Positions 60,888 to 64,000 of a stretch of DNA of 64,000 nucleotides are shown one piece after another. Source of the DNA: Schmidtea polychroa. Taxonomy: Eukaryota. The stretch spans positions 17,670,001-17,734,000 of the forward strand of contig CM097887.1 in NCBI GenBank assembly GCA_044892525.1, written 5' to 3'. Both the position numbers and the translations under genes were made by a program. Each line of letters opens with the position of its first letter. The first letter of the stretch is position 1. Under the pieces are notes generated by a model that was not told where the DNA came from, ran no database searches, and saw only the letters and a list, made by a program, of their open reading frames with translations.

Positions 60888-60898
60888 TGGCGACCACG
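60888..60898 (+). other. Primer-binding site of the Gypsy element (tRNA-Arg-like)
   Basis: TGGCGACCACG immediately upstream of gag; complementary to the ...CGTGGTCG-CCA 3' end of animal tRNA-Arg(TCG) as recalled. Confidence 0.6.
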
Positions 60899-60945
60899 CC
60901 GAAAATCAAAATATCAACGCCATTTCGAAATCGACAAAATCGCTA

Positions 60946-62081
60946 ATGGAATGCCTACCGAAATCATGCCAAGACATGCTCACATTGAACATCAGACGAT
61001 ATGATGGACGAGGTTTAAAAGAAGCCGAAGAATGGATCAGAGATATAGAAGAATGGTTGCTGACAAATGGACAGCGATTGACAAGCACTTTCGATGTGTT
61101 ATTAGTAGCAGAAGCAAAGACATTGTGGGGAAACGTCAGAGAAACAGAAACAACAGATGTAAAAGCCAAAGCGTGGTTCTTAAATACGTTCACAATTACA
61201 AAATCAATAACTGACAAAATCGGAGAATTGGCAGCTATGGAACAGGAAGATGATGAAAGGTTTGCAGCTTTTGAGATACGGCTAAGAAGAGCTTTAGCTG
61301 AAGTTGTAAATTCAGGACGATCAGAAGAAGATATTGTTCAAGACCTCATCGCAAATAAAGCACGCGATGCGAGACTGAGGGAGATACTATTGACGAAACC
61401 AGAAGCAAAAATTGAAGAAACGAGATCATTGGCGAAAATTGAGAATTCAACAGAATACCCTAATTCCCATTCCTACATCACCACAAAGAAGACTATCAGA
61501 AGACCCATTTGTTCGCCATAGATCAAGAAGAGACGAACATCCTATACGCGGACCAATACAATATGAAGGAAATAACCATGGTCGCCGAGAACAATCTCCA
61601 AAAGAGAACAATTCCTGAGAAATGCGAGAATCCCGAATAGCTCAGAAAGAAAGCTGCCAACAATCTCCATGAAAAATATAGCAAGGAGGCTGTACAGCGA
61701 AAGTAGAGGACTACCACAAGCATCGGTCCCAAAATTAACGGTAGGTGATTGTTTTGCTGTGTCGAAAAGGGACACGGAAGGTATGAGTGTCCACTGGGAA
61801 ATAAATGCCTGATATGTGGCAAGGAAGGTCACAGATTCCGAGATTGTTTTTCGTTACGGAAAGAGGTTCGACGCCGATATCAAAGGAAAGCGTGCATAGA
61901 AGAAGAAGATTCAAAATCTGAAAGAAGAGATTACACCGAGAACAGCCAGGATTTCAGAACTGCTCACAGCGACATGGAAGATAGATACAATGTCCCTGAA
62001 AAATATACTATATTGAGAGAAGACGGAAAAAACAACAGCGACTCCATGGGTTTCATTTCGTCGGTGGAGTCAAGACAATAA
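60946..62081 (+). pseudogene. gag: Gag with two CCHC zinc knuckles (frameshifted)
   Basis: RRYDG...AEEWIRDIEEW capsid-like region; CVEKGHGRYEC (first knuckle broken by a 1-nt deletion) and CLICGKEGHRFRDC. Confidence 0.8.
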
Positions 62082-62128
62082 ATTGTGAAATAATAAATGA
62101 ACGACGAAGAGACGAGGCAGAAGAAGAG

Positions 62129-64000
62129 ATGTACCAGACGAAAAATGGAAGAAATTGGAGTAAAATAATGTTGAATAATGCCGAAACAGAGATGTTATGG
62201 GATTCTGGAGCATCAGTAACAGTCATGAGCAAGAGTTTGTGGGAGAAAATAGGCAAACCAGAACTTAAACGTAGTATGATATTATTGTGCGGAGTTTTTT
62301 CAACTGGAGGTGAAGAAGCAATAGGATACATGACTATACCGGCCACATGGAATCAGAAGACCAAAATAATCACAGTAGTAGTGGTGAAAGAGATCAAACA
62401 CGAATTCATAGGGGGTATTGATACAATGAAAGAGTTTGGAGTAAAGTTACTGAAAATCAATAATATAGAAACGTCATTGACAAACAAAATTTACACTGAT
62501 GAAGAAAGAATAAATAAAGCACTAGTGGCGATGGCAGGTGAGAATAATAAAGATATTGACGGAATGATCAGGGAATACGGCGGAATTTTTATGGCATCGA
62601 AATTCGATCTGGGATTTACAAACTTAATTCGACATGAGATGCGGATAACAGGAGGCCCAAAAATGCAACATCCTCGACGTCAACCGATGCAAGTGGAGAA
62701 AAGAATTGAAGAACTGATAAAAGAGTTAATGAAAGCAAATGTTATTCGATGTTGCAAGAGTCCTTGGAATGCCCCGTTAGTTATAGTAGGGAAGAAAGAT
62801 GGATCTATCAGGATGTGTGTAGATTATCGTGGATTAAATTCCATAACAGAAAAAGAGTCAATTCCTATGCCTAACACCAAATTCTTACTAGACTGTCTCG
62901 CGAATGCAAAAGTATTTTCGTCAATCGATTTAGGTCAGGCGTATTATCAAGCGAAGTTGGCTCCAGAAATTCAAGAAATGACTGCATTCAGTACAAGAGA
63001 AGGACAATTTTGCTTCAATAGACTACCGTTTGGCTTAGCAACAGCTCCTGCGACATTCCAGAGACTGATGGACACAGTGCTAGAAGGAATGCTATTCAAG
63101 GTAGTAGTAGTTTATTTAGATGATATCTTGGTATATGGTAAAAGTGAAAAAGACCACGATGAGCTATTAAGGGAAATATTCAGGAGAATTCAAGTGGCAG
63201 GACTGAAGATAAATCCAGAAAAATGCAAATTCAATAAAACAGAATTGTGTTTCATTGGTCACACAATTAACGAGAAGGGTATCCAGGCAAACAGGAAGAA
63301 ATTGGAAGAGATCGAGAAAGCAGAAGTACCAAAATGTTCAAAACAATTGAGATCGTTTCTCGGATTAACGAACTACTATAGAAGATTCATCAAAGACTAT
63401 GCCAAAATCGCCGAACCATTATACGCTGCAACATCTGGATGCGATAAAAATATATCAATTGGACTAAAGAATGCAATGAGAGCTTCCAAACTCTGAAAAG
63501 ACGGTTGTGCGAAGCACCTATCCTTGGTTTTCCAAGAGAAGATAGGAATTTTATCTTAGACACAGACGCTAGTTTCGGAGCCATTGGTGCAGTTTTGAGT
63601 CAAATTACAGAAGATGGAGAAGAATCGGTCAGAGCTTATGGCTCGAGACATATGTCATCACATGGAAAGGGATACTGTGTAACCAGGAAAGAACTGCTCG
63701 CCGTACATGAATACGTCATGCATTTTAGAGAATATCTGTAAGGGAAAAAATTCATAATTCGCACCGACCACAAGGCATTGGTTTTCATGAACACTACAAA
63801 AACGCCAATCAGTCCGCAATTCCAAACATGGTGAGCTAACCGGTTGGAATATGATTTTGAACTAAAATATCGGAAAGGCGAAGAACACTCAAATGCAGAT
63901 GGACTATCAAGATTAAAAAGTATGGTTTGTACCCAATGTCAAACAAGACATGAAGAAGCTAAGGAAGGAAAATCAAAGATCAGATATATATATACTATCC
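62129..64000 (+). pseudogene. pol: Pol: aspartic protease, RT, RNase H (frameshift ~63460, stops at 63739 and ~63832)
   Basis: LWDSGASVT; MCVDYRGLN; FSSIDL; PFGL; YLDDILV; FILDTDAS; ELLAV; RTDHKAL; NADGLSR. Confidence 0.92.

Larger units (their letters stand above)
60888..64000 (+). mobile_element. Ty3/Gypsy LTR retrotransposon, frameshifted, truncated by window edge
   Basis: Order gag, protease, RT, RNase H; multiple frameshifts and stops. Confidence 0.93.

Noticed and set aside
60865-60945. ATG at 60865 as the gag start
   Set aside because: It lies upstream of the PBS; the ATG at 60946 is more plausible.

Overview
This is a very AT-rich eukaryotic window, probably from an invertebrate animal. 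That is inferred from GT-AG introns as short as 34 nt and animal-type transposons; the taxon cannot be determined from the sequence. Several N gaps are present. Host genes: two intronless paralogues with a RING-helical-RING-helical layout and the C3HC3D 'CPFDR' RING variant (467-2101 +, 21752-23080 -), an orphan type I membrane protein (17156-17899), an Asn-rich exon (28345-29142), and a giant spliced coiled-coil gene of more than 3,200 aa with 3.1 kb and 6.1 kb exons (40894-52874 -). Most of the rest is mobile DNA. An intact Penelope-like element (RT + GIY-YIG, 856 aa) has direct and inverted pseudo-LTRs, each carrying a variant hammerhead-like motif. It abuts a decayed Penelope of another lineage that ends in a fold-back palindrome. 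There are also three ~1 kb solo LTRs of one family (two with the same GTAT target duplication) plus relics, many hAT derivatives with 8-bp TSDs, mariner, IS630/Tc1 and Helitron-like relics, and a frameshifted Ty3/Gypsy element running off the right edge. The most notable signals are a canonical minimal type I hammerhead ribozyme core at 21017-21060 beside an assembly gap, the U3-A8 hammerhead-like motif in the Penelope pLTRs, the dual-RING gene family and the Cys-laced giant coiled-coil. All alignments, translations outside the ORF track and RNA folds were done by eye.
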